Source of the DNA: Gemmatales bacterium
Lineage (GTDB): Bacteria; Planctomycetota; Planctomycetia; Gemmatales; HRBIN36
Length of the DNA stretch: 64,000 bases
Assembly (NCBI GenBank): GCA_041640595.1
Contig: JBEPZY010000002.1
Coordinates: forward strand, 178,984-242,983
Direction: 5' to 3'
A program made the position numbers and the translations under genes. Under the pieces are notes generated by a model. The model had not been told where the DNA came from. It was given only the letters and a program-made list of their open reading frames with translations, and did no database searches. Of the stretch, positions 20,100-29,594 are shown one piece after another (the stretch's first letter is position 1; the number at the start of each line of letters is the position of its first letter).

Positions 20100-20203
20100 G
20101 TTCACTCACACAGAAAGCAGTGTGCGCGGCTCGAGCACGACGAGAGCGGTTCGGTTTCGGGTAGCGGCGTTCGCTCACGCAGAAGGTAGTGTACGTGGTT
20201 TGA
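20100..20203. repeat. Degenerate direct repeat, period 69
   Basis: TTCRCTCACRCAGAARGYAGTGTRCGYGG at 20101 and 20170. Confidence 0.65.
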
Positions 20204-20543
20204 CGTTCGAGCGGGTGCAGTCGATTCGTTGCTGCGGCGCGGTTTGCTCAGTAGCTTACGCAACAGCACCACGGCCCGTAACAATCTGCTCCCGGTTGCT
20301 CCGTTGCTGCTGAGCGGTTTGCTCATGCGGAAAGGGGAAATGTCCGGGAGGGCGAGAGTTGACGAACCCCGTAGCGATGTGATAGCTTGAAATAGTAGTG
20401 CCCAGGGAGAGCGGTGGGCACGACTGGTGTGGGAAACGAGAGGGGCCGCAGGGCTGGGCGCTGAGTTTGCGCCCGGTATAAAATGAACAGGAGCACAAGC
20501 GTCACCAATCCGGACGAGCACGTCCACGAGGAGTGGCATCCTC

Positions 20544-23210
20544 ATGCCAGAAAAACCGACCGGGGTCTGGGGTATTGATGTTGGTCAGTGCAGTTTCAAG
20601 GCGCTGCGCCTGGAGAACCGCGACGGCGAAGTCGTGGCGACCGCCTTTGACTTCATTGAATATCCGAAAATTCTCAGTCAGCCGGATGCCGATCCCGACG
20701 CACTGGTGCGGCAAGCTCTGGAACAATTCCTGGCCCGCAATAAAGTCAAAGGCGATCTGGTAGCGATCTCGGTGCCCGGCCAAACCGGCTTGGCACGCTT
20801 TGTCAAACTGCCTCCGGTGGAAGAGAAAAAGATCCCCGACATCGTCCGTTTCGAGGCCAAACAGCAGATTCCGTTTCCTCTGGATGAAGTGGTCTGGGAC
20901 TGGCAAACCATCCGTCGCGGCGAGGTGGCCGAGGGATTCGTCGAAAACGAAATCGGTTTGTTCGCCTTGAAGCGCGAGGTCGTGCTAAAGGCGTTGCAGG
21001 TGTTCCGCGATCTCAAAATCGAAGTGCACATTGTGCAAATGACGCCGCTGGCTTTGCTCAACTTCGCGGTGTTCGATCTGCTGGGGCGCAGCGGAACCGC
21101 CCAGGACGAGCCACCGGAACCGGATCGCGAAGGCAAAGTCCCGTGTCTGGTGGTGCTCGACATGGGCACCGATAGCAGCAACCTGGTGATCACGGATGGG
21201 TACCGCATTATCTGGCAGCGTCCGATTCCGGTAGGCGGCAACCATTTCACCCGTGTGCTCAGCAAGGATATGAAGTTGACGTTCGCCAAAGCAGAGCATT
21301 TGAAGCGCAACGCCACCAAGGCCGAAGACCCACGCAAGGTTTTCCAGAGCATGCGGGCGGTTTTCAGCGACCTGGCCGGCGAAGTGAGTCGGTCGCTGGG
21401 CTATTTCGCCAGTCAGCATCGCGATGCCAAAGTCGAACGCCTGGTCGGTCTGGGCAACGGTTTTCGTTTGCCCGGTATGCAGAAGTTCCTCGAACAGGCC
21501 CTGGAATTGCCTGTGGAGCGACTGAGCCAATTTCAGCGTTTGAAGGGAGAAGAAGTACTCAAGGCCCCGACTTTTTACGAAAATACGCTGACGTTTGGGG
21601 TGGCTTACGGGTTGGCCCTGCAGGGACTGGAACGGGCGAAGATTCACACCAATTTACTGCCTCCGGAGTTCCATCGCGAGCGATTCATCCGTGCGAAAAA
21701 ACCGTGGCTGGCAGCGACAGCCGCGGCGTTGCTGGTGGGTGTAACCGTTTATGCGGTTTCCGCAGCCGACAAGCTGGCGAAAGCCACCGCCCTGTTCAAC
21801 ACGCGATCGCATCTCGACGATGCCGAGGCTGAGGCACGCAAGCGGGAACAACAGGCGCGGGAGGAAATGGAGAGAACCCGCCGCGCCCTCGAAGCCGCCG
21901 AGGCGATGTTGCGTGGCAACCGCGAGCGCATCAACTGGTTGTTGCTGCACAAATTTATTGTTGATTGCCTGCCCCAGCCCAACGGCGTCAATGTGCCCAG
22001 GCAATACCTGGACAAATACTGGACCACGGCTCGCGGAGAAGCCCAGCAAGCCTATTTACGCCTGCGGCAACTGGAAGAGCGCGATCAGAAATATCGCATT
22101 GACCGCAGCCACCTCATCGAAATCAACATCCAGGCAGTTTTCGCCCGGTATGTCACCCCGCCCGTGGCCGAGGTGGCCCTCAACCGCATCTATAACGAGA
22201 GCACCTACGGAATCAACCAGTTCGCCGGCTGGCCGGACTGGGATGTGACTCCTGGTCAGCCACCGCGACTGAAAAACCCACCCCGACAGGACGGCTGGCT
22301 GATCGAAATTCAGGGGTTCACCTATCATGACAAAGGTGTGGACTTCGTGCTGGAGACCCTGGTTCACAATTTGCGCGACCCGTCCAAACGCAGTGTGCGT
22401 GTGCCACGAGATGCTCACGAACTGAGGCGGTTTTTGCAAAGCCTGGCCGAAGCTCAGCGCAATCGTGCTCTGCTGGGCCAGGCCCAGGCCGATTTGCGGA
22501 AATCGGAATCGGTGCTGCCTCCGTCCGGCGGAACCAAACCGTCGGGTGGTTCGCCAGCGGGTACGGCTGAACCGCAGCCCGGTGATGCGGATTACCGTCT
22601 GGATATTGGTTATGTGGCGTTATTCCAGCATCGCGTGGACATAGTTCGGCAAAACCAGGCCAAACCGTTTTACAAGATCGGTCGGCAAATCTGGCTGAAC
22701 GGTTTGCTGCGTGGAGGAGGCGGTCTGGATTCGGGATTTCGGCCTGGCTTTCCCGCGGGCGGTGGGGGCAGTGCGCCGGGCGGCGGTGGTATGGATGCGG
22801 GGGGACGGGGACCGGGCAGTTTTGGTGGTGCCGGGCAGGACTGGGTGGGCCTGGGGCAATCGTTTGGAGTGGGCGGGCCCATGGGCGACGCGGCTCCGGG
22901 AAGAGGTGGTGGCGGGGCAGTTGCTGCTGAGCCGACCCCGGAAAAAGACGCGGCCACGCGACCCCTGGCGCCCGGCGAACTCCGTCGCACCGAGTTTGTC
23001 ATCATCTTGTTCTGGAACGAACCGCGACCGACCGAGGCCTCGTGGGAACAATGGCAACGTGCCGTAACGCCCCCGGCAGGCGGTGCGGGTATGCCGGGCG
23101 CTGTGCCCGGAGGTGGGCCAGGACCGGGAGCCCAACCGCCACCAGCACCGGCCGCACCACCGGAACAGAAACCTGGCGGGTTCGGCCGCAAGATTGATGT
23201 GGACGTCTGA
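20544..23210 (+). CDS. pilM: Type IV pilus assembly protein PilM with fused PilN-like transmembrane/periplasmic extension
   Basis: WGIDVG, FEAKQQIPFPL, LDMG, GGNHFT actin-like fold; internal TNLLP plus TM helix (PilN-like); Gly/Pro-rich tail. Confidence 0.85.
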   Translation: MPEKPTGVWGIDVGQCSFKALRLENRDGEVVATAFDFIEYPKILSQPDADPDALVRQALEQFLARNKVKGDLVAISVPGQTGLARFVKLPPVEEKKIPDIVRFEAKQQIPFPLDEVVWDWQTIRRGEVAEGFVENEIGLFALKREVVLKALQVFRDLKIEVHIVQMTPLALLNFAVFDLLGRSGTAQDEPPEPDREGKVPCLVVLDMGTDSSNLVITDGYRIIWQRPIPVGGNHFTRVLSKDMKLTFAKAEHLKRNATKAEDPRKVFQSMRAVFSDLAGEVSRSLGYFASQHRDAKVERLVGLGNGFRLPGMQKFLEQALELPVERLSQFQRLKGEEVLKAPTFYENTLTFGVAYGLALQGLERAKIHTNLLPPEFHRERFIRAKKPWLAATAAALLVGVTVYAVSAADKLAKATALFNTRSHLDDAEAEARKREQQAREEMERTRRALEAAEAMLRGNRERINWLLLHKFIVDCLPQPNGVNVPRQYLDKYWTTARGEAQQAYLRLRQLEERDQKYRIDRSHLIEINIQAVFARYVTPPVAEVALNRIYNESTYGINQFAGWPDWDVTPGQPPRLKNPPRQDGWLIEIQGFTYHDKGVDFVLETLVHNLRDPSKRSVRVPRDAHELRRFLQSLAEAQRNRALLGQAQADLRKSESVLPPSGGTKPSGGSPAGTAEPQPGDADYRLDIGYVALFQHRVDIVRQNQAKPFYKIGRQIWLNGLLRGGGGLDSGFRPGFPAGGGGSAPGGGGMDAGGRGPGSFGGAGQDWVGLGQSFGVGGPMGDAAPGRGGGGAVAAEPTPEKDAATRPLAPGELRRTEFVIILFWNEPRPTEASWEQWQRAVTPPAGGAGMPGAVPGGGPGPGAQPPPAPAAPPEQKPGGFGRKIDVDV

Positions 23211-23333
23211 AATGGCACGTGGGAGCGGGCAATCTGGCGAACTGAAACTATCGGAATATTCGCCTGGTAACCGATACGGGCCGGGCCAACCGATGGGTCA
23301 GCGCGGATGCCATCGAGCTGGCGGGGCTGAATC

Positions 23334-25976
23334 ATGAAACTGGACAAGGACACACTGGTCAAACAACGGTTCTGGTTTCTGTTGCCGCTGGGCCTGGTGC
23401 TGATTTTCATGGCCCTGGGCTCGGTCTGGAGCATTAACAGCGAAGCCGAGCAGAAGTATCGGGAAGTCGTAACCAAAGTAAATTCGGTTCTGCAGGCAGG
23501 TTATAAACCGGTTGTCAGTGACCAGCTCATTGAGATTCTCCGCAAGCAACGCGAAGATGCAGAGCGGCTGAAACAGCAGTTGTGGGAGCAGTTGTTCGGT
23601 TTGCAAAACCAGGTGGAGCTGGAAGGTGAGGTGCGGGTGATTCGGCGACCGTTCATTATCTGGCCGGAACACGAGGCTTTCCAGGAGTTTGCCGTTTTCG
23701 ATTTCGGTGAGCCACTGGATCGCAAGAAATTCCCGCATGAGCTGTTTCGTAACTTTTTCCCGCGGTTGTACGAGGACTTGCTGGGAATCCTGCCGCTTTA
23801 CGACGAAAAGACCGGACGCGGTGCGGTGCGCGCCAATCCCCACGCAGGTGCGGTCCGCGGAGGTGGCGGTCCAGGAAAACCGCGCGGCTTGTTCGGAGCG
23901 GCTCCTGGAAATATTGCGGTCGCAGAAGGAATCACCACCCGGGAGCAAATGCTGGCCGTGCTCGACCCGCCCACTTTCGGTGAGGGAACGCTTACCGCGG
24001 ATGAAATCTGGACGGCTCTGGAAGATGTCGCCATCAAACGGGAACTGTTGCTAACCCTGGCCAGCGTCCTGGACAATTTCGCCACGCTCCATCCCGAGTT
24101 CCAGCCCCTGATCGAATCGGAGAGCGAATCCGCGAAGCCGCCGGAAAAGACGCCCGCCAAGCCGGATAAAGTCCCGCCGGGAGTACCTGTAAAGGCGCCC
24201 TTTGGCGCCAAGCCGACCGAACAACCACCAGTCAGTCCTGAGGGCATCAAGCCAGCCGGTCAGGAATCTGCGGACAAACCTGCCGAGAAAGCGGAGACTA
24301 AAAAGCCCGGCCCGTCCAAACCCCAGCGGCGTGTCCTGTTCCGCGAGCGCTTTTACAACACCGTCTGGCACTATGACATTGCTCCGCCCGAATTGAAAGA
24401 CCCTCAGCAGCCCCTGCCTGTGCTTGGACGCGAGGAAGGCTGGTTGCTGGAGGTGCAGGTGAGTACCGAGTTGGCCGAGGCGGAGGCGAAGGCCACCGCT
24501 AAAAAGCCCGCTCGCGAATACTACCTGGAGATCACCAGCTTCAATTACTCGCCCCGTTTCGAAATACCAAAGATGCCGCTGCGTATCTGGCTGGAAACAA
24601 CGCAGGGGCAGCGGTTTTATGTAGATGTTCCTGATGCCGGTAGTGTGGCGAAAGCGGCAGCGGAGACCGGTAAACCTGCAACGTCGGCCAGTCCGCCGCC
24701 GGCTATGCGCACGGTAGAGCCAGTTCGATTCCAGTTGCCCCCGGCACCTGCGAAGCCGGACGGGAAACCTGCCGGCGACGACGAACCGGAGGCTATTCTG
24801 GGTATTCAGCGACCGCCTCCTGCTGGGGCGCTGGATTACCATCGGCTTGCCAATCCGCACTGGATTGTGGACGTGGAACTGCGGCGGGCCAAGGAAGGGG
24901 CGGGGTACCAGCTGATCGGCGTGCTGTACAACCGCAGTGGTCGCCGACAGATCCCACCCGCCTTCGAGTTCACACTTTCCGATGGTACAAACGAGTTGAA
25001 GCGCGAACTGCGGCCAGTCAAAGAACCGCTCGACAGCTATCACGCGAGAAAGTTTGAGGAAACGTTCTTGCTGGCCCAACAGGTACGCCAGATCGTCGGC
25101 GTCAAACAGGTGCTCGATTGGCAAACCGCACCGATTAAGCGAATTGACACGATCCGGATCGGAGAACCGGCCCTGGCTCAGGCTGACCGTATCTGGCATG
25201 TCCGGCTGCAGTTTTATCCATTCCACAAAAAGCAACGGCCGGGGCAGGAGGATGTTCTCGGTTACAGCGAGGTGCTCTTACGTTATATCGGTGGTGGCGG
25301 GGCGGGGTCTGCCGGTGCAGCACCGGGTGCAGGTCCCAAACCGGGCTTCGGTGGTGGAACCGGGCCGGGTGGTGATGCCGGTTTTGGCTTCGGCCAGCAG
25401 CAGGCCGGGGGTGAAACTTCCCGCAACGGCATTGCTCTGCGCCGCTATTTCCCGCAAGGTCCGAGCGATACCCGCGACATGCCAGACACGCTTCCCGAAG
25501 TGCGACGGTTGCCAATCGCTCTGGTCGTGATCGCCGACTACCCGGCCATGAGCGACATCCTGACGGCGATGGCCAATTCACGCTTGCGGATTCAGGTGAC
25601 GCAGGCGGTTTGGGCTCGCACGCCGCCGCTGGGCCCACCGCCACCCCCTGCGGGTACCAAACCGGCACCCGGAGGCACCAAACCGGGGGCAGCGACCGCT
25701 CCGAAGCCTGATACCAGTGGCGCCGCGGGAGCGGATGTTGTCGGTAGCGAAGCCGCCGAGGTGAACCTGATCGAGCTTCAGATTTACGGTCTGGCGACCA
25801 TTTACGAAAATCCCTACCGGCGGGAGGAATTTCAACAGTCCGGTGGCGGTGGTCCTCGCATCGGGCCACCGGGTGGCGGCGGACGACCTGGGGAGTGGCG
25901 ACCGTGGGGAGGAGATTCGCGGGGACGCAGCTCGCCATTCGGTGGCGGATCCCGCCGATTCCGCGGCCGGCGATGA
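23334..25976 (+). CDS. Large membrane-anchored hypothetical protein (pilM operon, PilO-like position)
   Basis: 880-aa ORF, N-terminal TM helix, coiled coil, Pro/Gly-rich linkers. Confidence 0.7.
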   Translation: MKLDKDTLVKQRFWFLLPLGLVLIFMALGSVWSINSEAEQKYREVVTKVNSVLQAGYKPVVSDQLIEILRKQREDAERLKQQLWEQLFGLQNQVELEGEVRVIRRPFIIWPEHEAFQEFAVFDFGEPLDRKKFPHELFRNFFPRLYEDLLGILPLYDEKTGRGAVRANPHAGAVRGGGGPGKPRGLFGAAPGNIAVAEGITTREQMLAVLDPPTFGEGTLTADEIWTALEDVAIKRELLLTLASVLDNFATLHPEFQPLIESESESAKPPEKTPAKPDKVPPGVPVKAPFGAKPTEQPPVSPEGIKPAGQESADKPAEKAETKKPGPSKPQRRVLFRERFYNTVWHYDIAPPELKDPQQPLPVLGREEGWLLEVQVSTELAEAEAKATAKKPAREYYLEITSFNYSPRFEIPKMPLRIWLETTQGQRFYVDVPDAGSVAKAAAETGKPATSASPPPAMRTVEPVRFQLPPAPAKPDGKPAGDDEPEAILGIQRPPPAGALDYHRLANPHWIVDVELRRAKEGAGYQLIGVLYNRSGRRQIPPAFEFTLSDGTNELKRELRPVKEPLDSYHARKFEETFLLAQQVRQIVGVKQVLDWQTAPIKRIDTIRIGEPALAQADRIWHVRLQFYPFHKKQRPGQEDVLGYSEVLLRYIGGGGAGSAGAAPGAGPKPGFGGGTGPGGDAGFGFGQQQAGGETSRNGIALRRYFPQGPSDTRDMPDTLPEVRRLPIALVVIADYPAMSDILTAMANSRLRIQVTQAVWARTPPLGPPPPPAGTKPAPGGTKPGAATAPKPDTSGAAGADVVGSEAAEVNLIELQIYGLATIYENPYRREEFQQSGGGGPRIGPPGGGGRPGEWRPWGGDSRGRSSPFGGGSRRFRGRR

Positions 25977-26077
25977 CCTTGCCGTGCCGCCCGTGCGTCG
26001 CCATAATCAAGAGTAGAGGGGGACTCGCGCACATTACTGCCCGTCTCTGACGGGTTTACGTTCCGAGGGACCTGGCC

Positions 26078-28444
26078 ATGAAGAACCTGCAGATCGGCAA
26101 GTGGTTGGCGGAATACGGCGAGCGGATTGCTCTGGGCGTGGCCCTGGTGATCATGCTGCTGTTGTCGCTATGGGGCCTTCTCAGCTCCGGTCCCGACCTG
26201 ACACCAGACAAAGCCAGGCAAGTGGCCGATGACCTCAAACGCAAGTTGCGAACCCAGCCAGCTAGCGAACAGATGCTCCGCCAGTACCTGCCGGTCAGGG
26301 TCGAGGAAATCGAGCGGAACACAGAAGGCGTCATCAACGCGATTCCTGCCGGTGCCATCAACCTGGATAAACGGATAGGCCGGCCCGGAGAACTGGGCGG
26401 ATTATTCCGGCGAAATCCGAAGGTCCTGGAGCCAGTGGCTACGAAAGGTGCCCCGGTTTTCGTCGTGCACAGTCGTTATGAGGTGGTCTGTGAACGGGAC
26501 CGGAAAACCAATCAGGTTGTGTGCTATACCTGGGTCGTGCAGCCCAAACCGGGCGTGAAAGCACCGGAATTGAAGGCCACTCCGACCAAGCCCAACGATC
26601 CCCGACAGCAGTTGCTGCAACAGCGGCTCGAAAACTGGCGGCGATTCTTCTCAGGAATGGGAGCGATGGCTGGGCCCGGAGGCGTGCCAGGACCGGGCGG
26701 ACCTATGTTACCGCCTATGGGAGCCGGTGGGGCAGAAGGAAGCGGACCGGGCGGATCCGCTGCTGTGGCCGGTGTCCAGAACGTGAATGTCGAGACCCAG
26801 TATGAACTCAAGCTGGTTCCCGTAACCGAATCGGCAAAATATCCCCTGGCCGAGTTCCTCAATTGCCGCGAAGCAGTGTTGCTGGTGGCTGCTTTCCCGT
26901 ATGCGGAGCAGATGCAGGAAATTGCCGATGCCCTGCTACTGGAACGGCATCAGGCTCCCAGCCTGTTCAAAGGAATCGAGGTGCAGAAGCGTGTTTTTGC
27001 CCTGGGCGATAACCTGCGGGGTATTCCCGACGAGTTGATTATCTGGGACCCGCAAACCAATGACCTGCGTCGGGTTGCTTACACACCGGATTTGCCCAAC
27101 CGCGAGGAACTCGGCTGGCTGCCGGTCAATGTTCAGGCCGCCGCTTTGCAGGTCGCTTCCGCGGTTGATTTTGAACAGGAAGAAGACCCGTTGTGGCAGG
27201 TTTTGCTGAGTTTTTCCCGGCGGCTGGTCATGCGCCTTCCGAAAATGCACGGTTCCGGCACCTATCCGTGGAAAGAGTTAGCGCAGAGCATCCCGCAAAT
27301 CCGCGAAACGATCAAGAAAATCGAAGAGAATCAAAAGCTCTTCCAGAAACCGCCCGAGGAAGATCCGCGTCTCAAACCGAATGTCAACGAAGCTTTCGAG
27401 GACGTAAGCCCAGTGCGGCCGGCAGTCGGTCCGATGGGCGAAGGGAGTGACGCCGGGCCTCATCCAGGCGGTTTCGGAAGCGCTCCGGGCGGGCCGGCAA
27501 AACCACCGCAACTGCTCAAACCCAACCTCGGCGGTGGCAGTGCTCCAGCCGGGCCGAAAATCCCTGCTGAATCCAACCAGCCGGCAGCCGCCCCGGCTCC
27601 CGTCATTGTGACCGAATGGCCGGACTACTGCCTCATTCGTTTCCTCGACATCTTCGATCGCCGTGCGGACATGCGTTTCTACCCCCACGCATCGGGAGGC
27701 AGACCTATCGGTGTGCAGTACCGCATCCGCGTCGTTCTCCAGAATCCCAATTTCCGCGAAACCAGGGTGCAGCGACCGGAGATGGCTTTGCCCGAAACTC
27801 TCGAAGGCCCGTGGAGTCCGCCTTCGGAAATTATGCCGCTCCATTACGCCACCTATCTGTATGCCGAACCGCGCGACACTAAGGTGACCGGCCGGCTCGA
27901 CCAAACCCCGGTGCAAATCCATCGCTGGCTGGGTATCATCTATCAGCTCGACAAGCGTGATGCCGAGCTGGCCGTCGGGGATTGGGTAGTCGGCTCCACC
28001 TGGGTGGGTCGTGGAGAATACGTCGGCCAGTATGCAGAAGTGCCCCTGGCTGTCTGGGCCCCGCATGTACCGGCCGAGCCCGCCGCAGGCGTCGGTGGGG
28101 CTGTGGGGCACCGCTTTGGCCGATTCATTTACGTCCACAACGTCAAAACCGACGCCTTCAAAACCGGTTCCATTTTGCTGGATTTCGACAACAACTACAC
28201 CTGGAACGACTATGCCCGCCAGAAACTGAACAATTCGCTCAACGTCACCACCGATCTCGTGCCGCAGGAGGTGCTCATCTTCACTGAAGATGGCCGCATC
28301 ATTGCACGCAACGCCCAGCGCGACGCCAGCGACGCCGATCGCAAGAAACGCGAGGAAACCTGGAAAAAACGCCTCGAGGAACTGCAGAAAACTTCCGCTC
28401 CTGGCGGCCCGAGCAAACCTTTCAATCCCTTCGGCGGCTCGTGA
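26078..28444 (+). CDS. Large membrane-anchored hypothetical protein (pilM operon)
   Basis: 788-aa ORF, N-terminal TM helix, FN3-like YRIRVVLQNPN...GPWS segment. Confidence 0.7.
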   Translation: MKNLQIGKWLAEYGERIALGVALVIMLLLSLWGLLSSGPDLTPDKARQVADDLKRKLRTQPASEQMLRQYLPVRVEEIERNTEGVINAIPAGAINLDKRIGRPGELGGLFRRNPKVLEPVATKGAPVFVVHSRYEVVCERDRKTNQVVCYTWVVQPKPGVKAPELKATPTKPNDPRQQLLQQRLENWRRFFSGMGAMAGPGGVPGPGGPMLPPMGAGGAEGSGPGGSAAVAGVQNVNVETQYELKLVPVTESAKYPLAEFLNCREAVLLVAAFPYAEQMQEIADALLLERHQAPSLFKGIEVQKRVFALGDNLRGIPDELIIWDPQTNDLRRVAYTPDLPNREELGWLPVNVQAAALQVASAVDFEQEEDPLWQVLLSFSRRLVMRLPKMHGSGTYPWKELAQSIPQIRETIKKIEENQKLFQKPPEEDPRLKPNVNEAFEDVSPVRPAVGPMGEGSDAGPHPGGFGSAPGGPAKPPQLLKPNLGGGSAPAGPKIPAESNQPAAAPAPVIVTEWPDYCLIRFLDIFDRRADMRFYPHASGGRPIGVQYRIRVVLQNPNFRETRVQRPEMALPETLEGPWSPPSEIMPLHYATYLYAEPRDTKVTGRLDQTPVQIHRWLGIIYQLDKRDAELAVGDWVVGSTWVGRGEYVGQYAEVPLAVWAPHVPAEPAAGVGGAVGHRFGRFIYVHNVKTDAFKTGSILLDFDNNYTWNDYARQKLNNSLNVTTDLVPQEVLIFTEDGRIIARNAQRDASDADRKKREETWKKRLEELQKTSAPGGPSKPFNPFGGS

Positions 28445-28553
28445 AGCTCGCGGCAGGACTCTTTTGCGCAGGTTAGGATAACAGCTCCCCCAGCAATTTC
28501 CTTGACTCGGTGGATTCCGCGTGATTTGCGGACATGCGACACCGAATGCGGTT

Positions 28554-29525
28554 TCAACAACAACCGGTCCATCGGGCGTGCCAGGTCGGTGGCGTGTACG
28601 CAATGAACGGAAACTGCTTCAGCCTCCGGGCAGCGTTGCGGGAGACGGGCATCGGCACGCCGCGCGGCAAACAGGTTCCGCTCACCGGATCACGCCAGGC
28701 GGGTTCGCTTCCGATATAAGTTACCGTCTCGCCGACAAACACGGCCGGCCCATCCGCTTCGCCCGCGCACTTGTGCGCCACGATTTCGACGCTTTCCAGC
28801 AACACCGGCTCCTGCAGTTGGGGAAACTCCGCCGGAGTCAGTACGCGATAGGGAAATCGTGCCCGCACTTCGATTCGGCCAAATCCCGCCTCGCCCAGCA
28901 ACTCCAGATATCGTTCCAGCGTCGTGCAGCCGGAAATGCAGCGCGCCCGCAGGCGATCGTCTTCGGTCAGGCTGGCCGGCAGGGGCACCGGCGTAATCGG
29001 GTCGCTGGTGAAAAATCGGCCCTGCGGTCGCAGGACACGAACGATCTCCGCCAGAGCCTGCCGCAGTTCGCTTTCGCGGAAAACGTTGAACAAACAGTTC
29101 TGTGCCGCCACGCTGACACTGCTGTCGGCCAGCGGCAAAGCCAACGCATTTCCCTCGCGGATATCCACGAATTCCAGCCGGAACCAGGGATTGAGCGATT
29201 CGGCCAGGCGGAGGTTTTCGAGAGCGGCCTGGCGCATCTCCGCCACCGGGTCCACGCCGATCACACCACCCGGCCGGCGTACCAGATAGGCGAATTGCAA
29301 CAGCTCCAGCCCACCTCCCACGCCCACATACAGCACCGTATCTTCGTCCCGCACCTCTCGCGGATCTACCGTGCTACCGCAACCGTAATTCATTTCCAGC
29401 ATCCGCTGCGGATAGTGTAATCCGGGCAAACGCCAGACCGCATTCGGCAAGCAACACAGCCCCGCATCCGGTTGCCGTGCCGCCTCCGCATACACCTGCT
29501 CCACAACCCGCAAGTAATCCTGCAT
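28554..29525 (-). CDS. arsM: Arsenite S-adenosylmethionine methyltransferase, cyanobacterial/arsenosugar-type ArsM
   Basis: GLCC, MNYGCG, LYVGVGGGLE, AQNCLFN, LRARCISG, C-terminal GCC. Confidence 0.8.
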   Translation of the reverse strand: MQDYLRVVEQVYAEAARQPDAGLCCLPNAVWRLPGLHYPQRMLEMNYGCGSTVDPREVRDEDTVLYVGVGGGLELLQFAYLVRRPGGVIGVDPVAEMRQAALENLRLAESLNPWFRLEFVDIREGNALALPLADSSVSVAAQNCLFNVFRESELRQALAEIVRVLRPQGRFFTSDPITPVPLPASLTEDDRLRARCISGCTTLERYLELLGEAGFGRIEVRARFPYRVLTPAEFPQLQEPVLLESVEIVAHKCAGEADGPAVFVGETVTYIGSEPAWRDPVSGTCLPRGVPMPVSRNAARRLKQFPFIAYTPPTWHARWTGCC

Positions 29526-29594
29526 GGCCAACTCCCAGAATGTGTCCGGATAAGCCTGCCCGGTTACAGAATCATACGCAGCGTTCCGCGAGAC

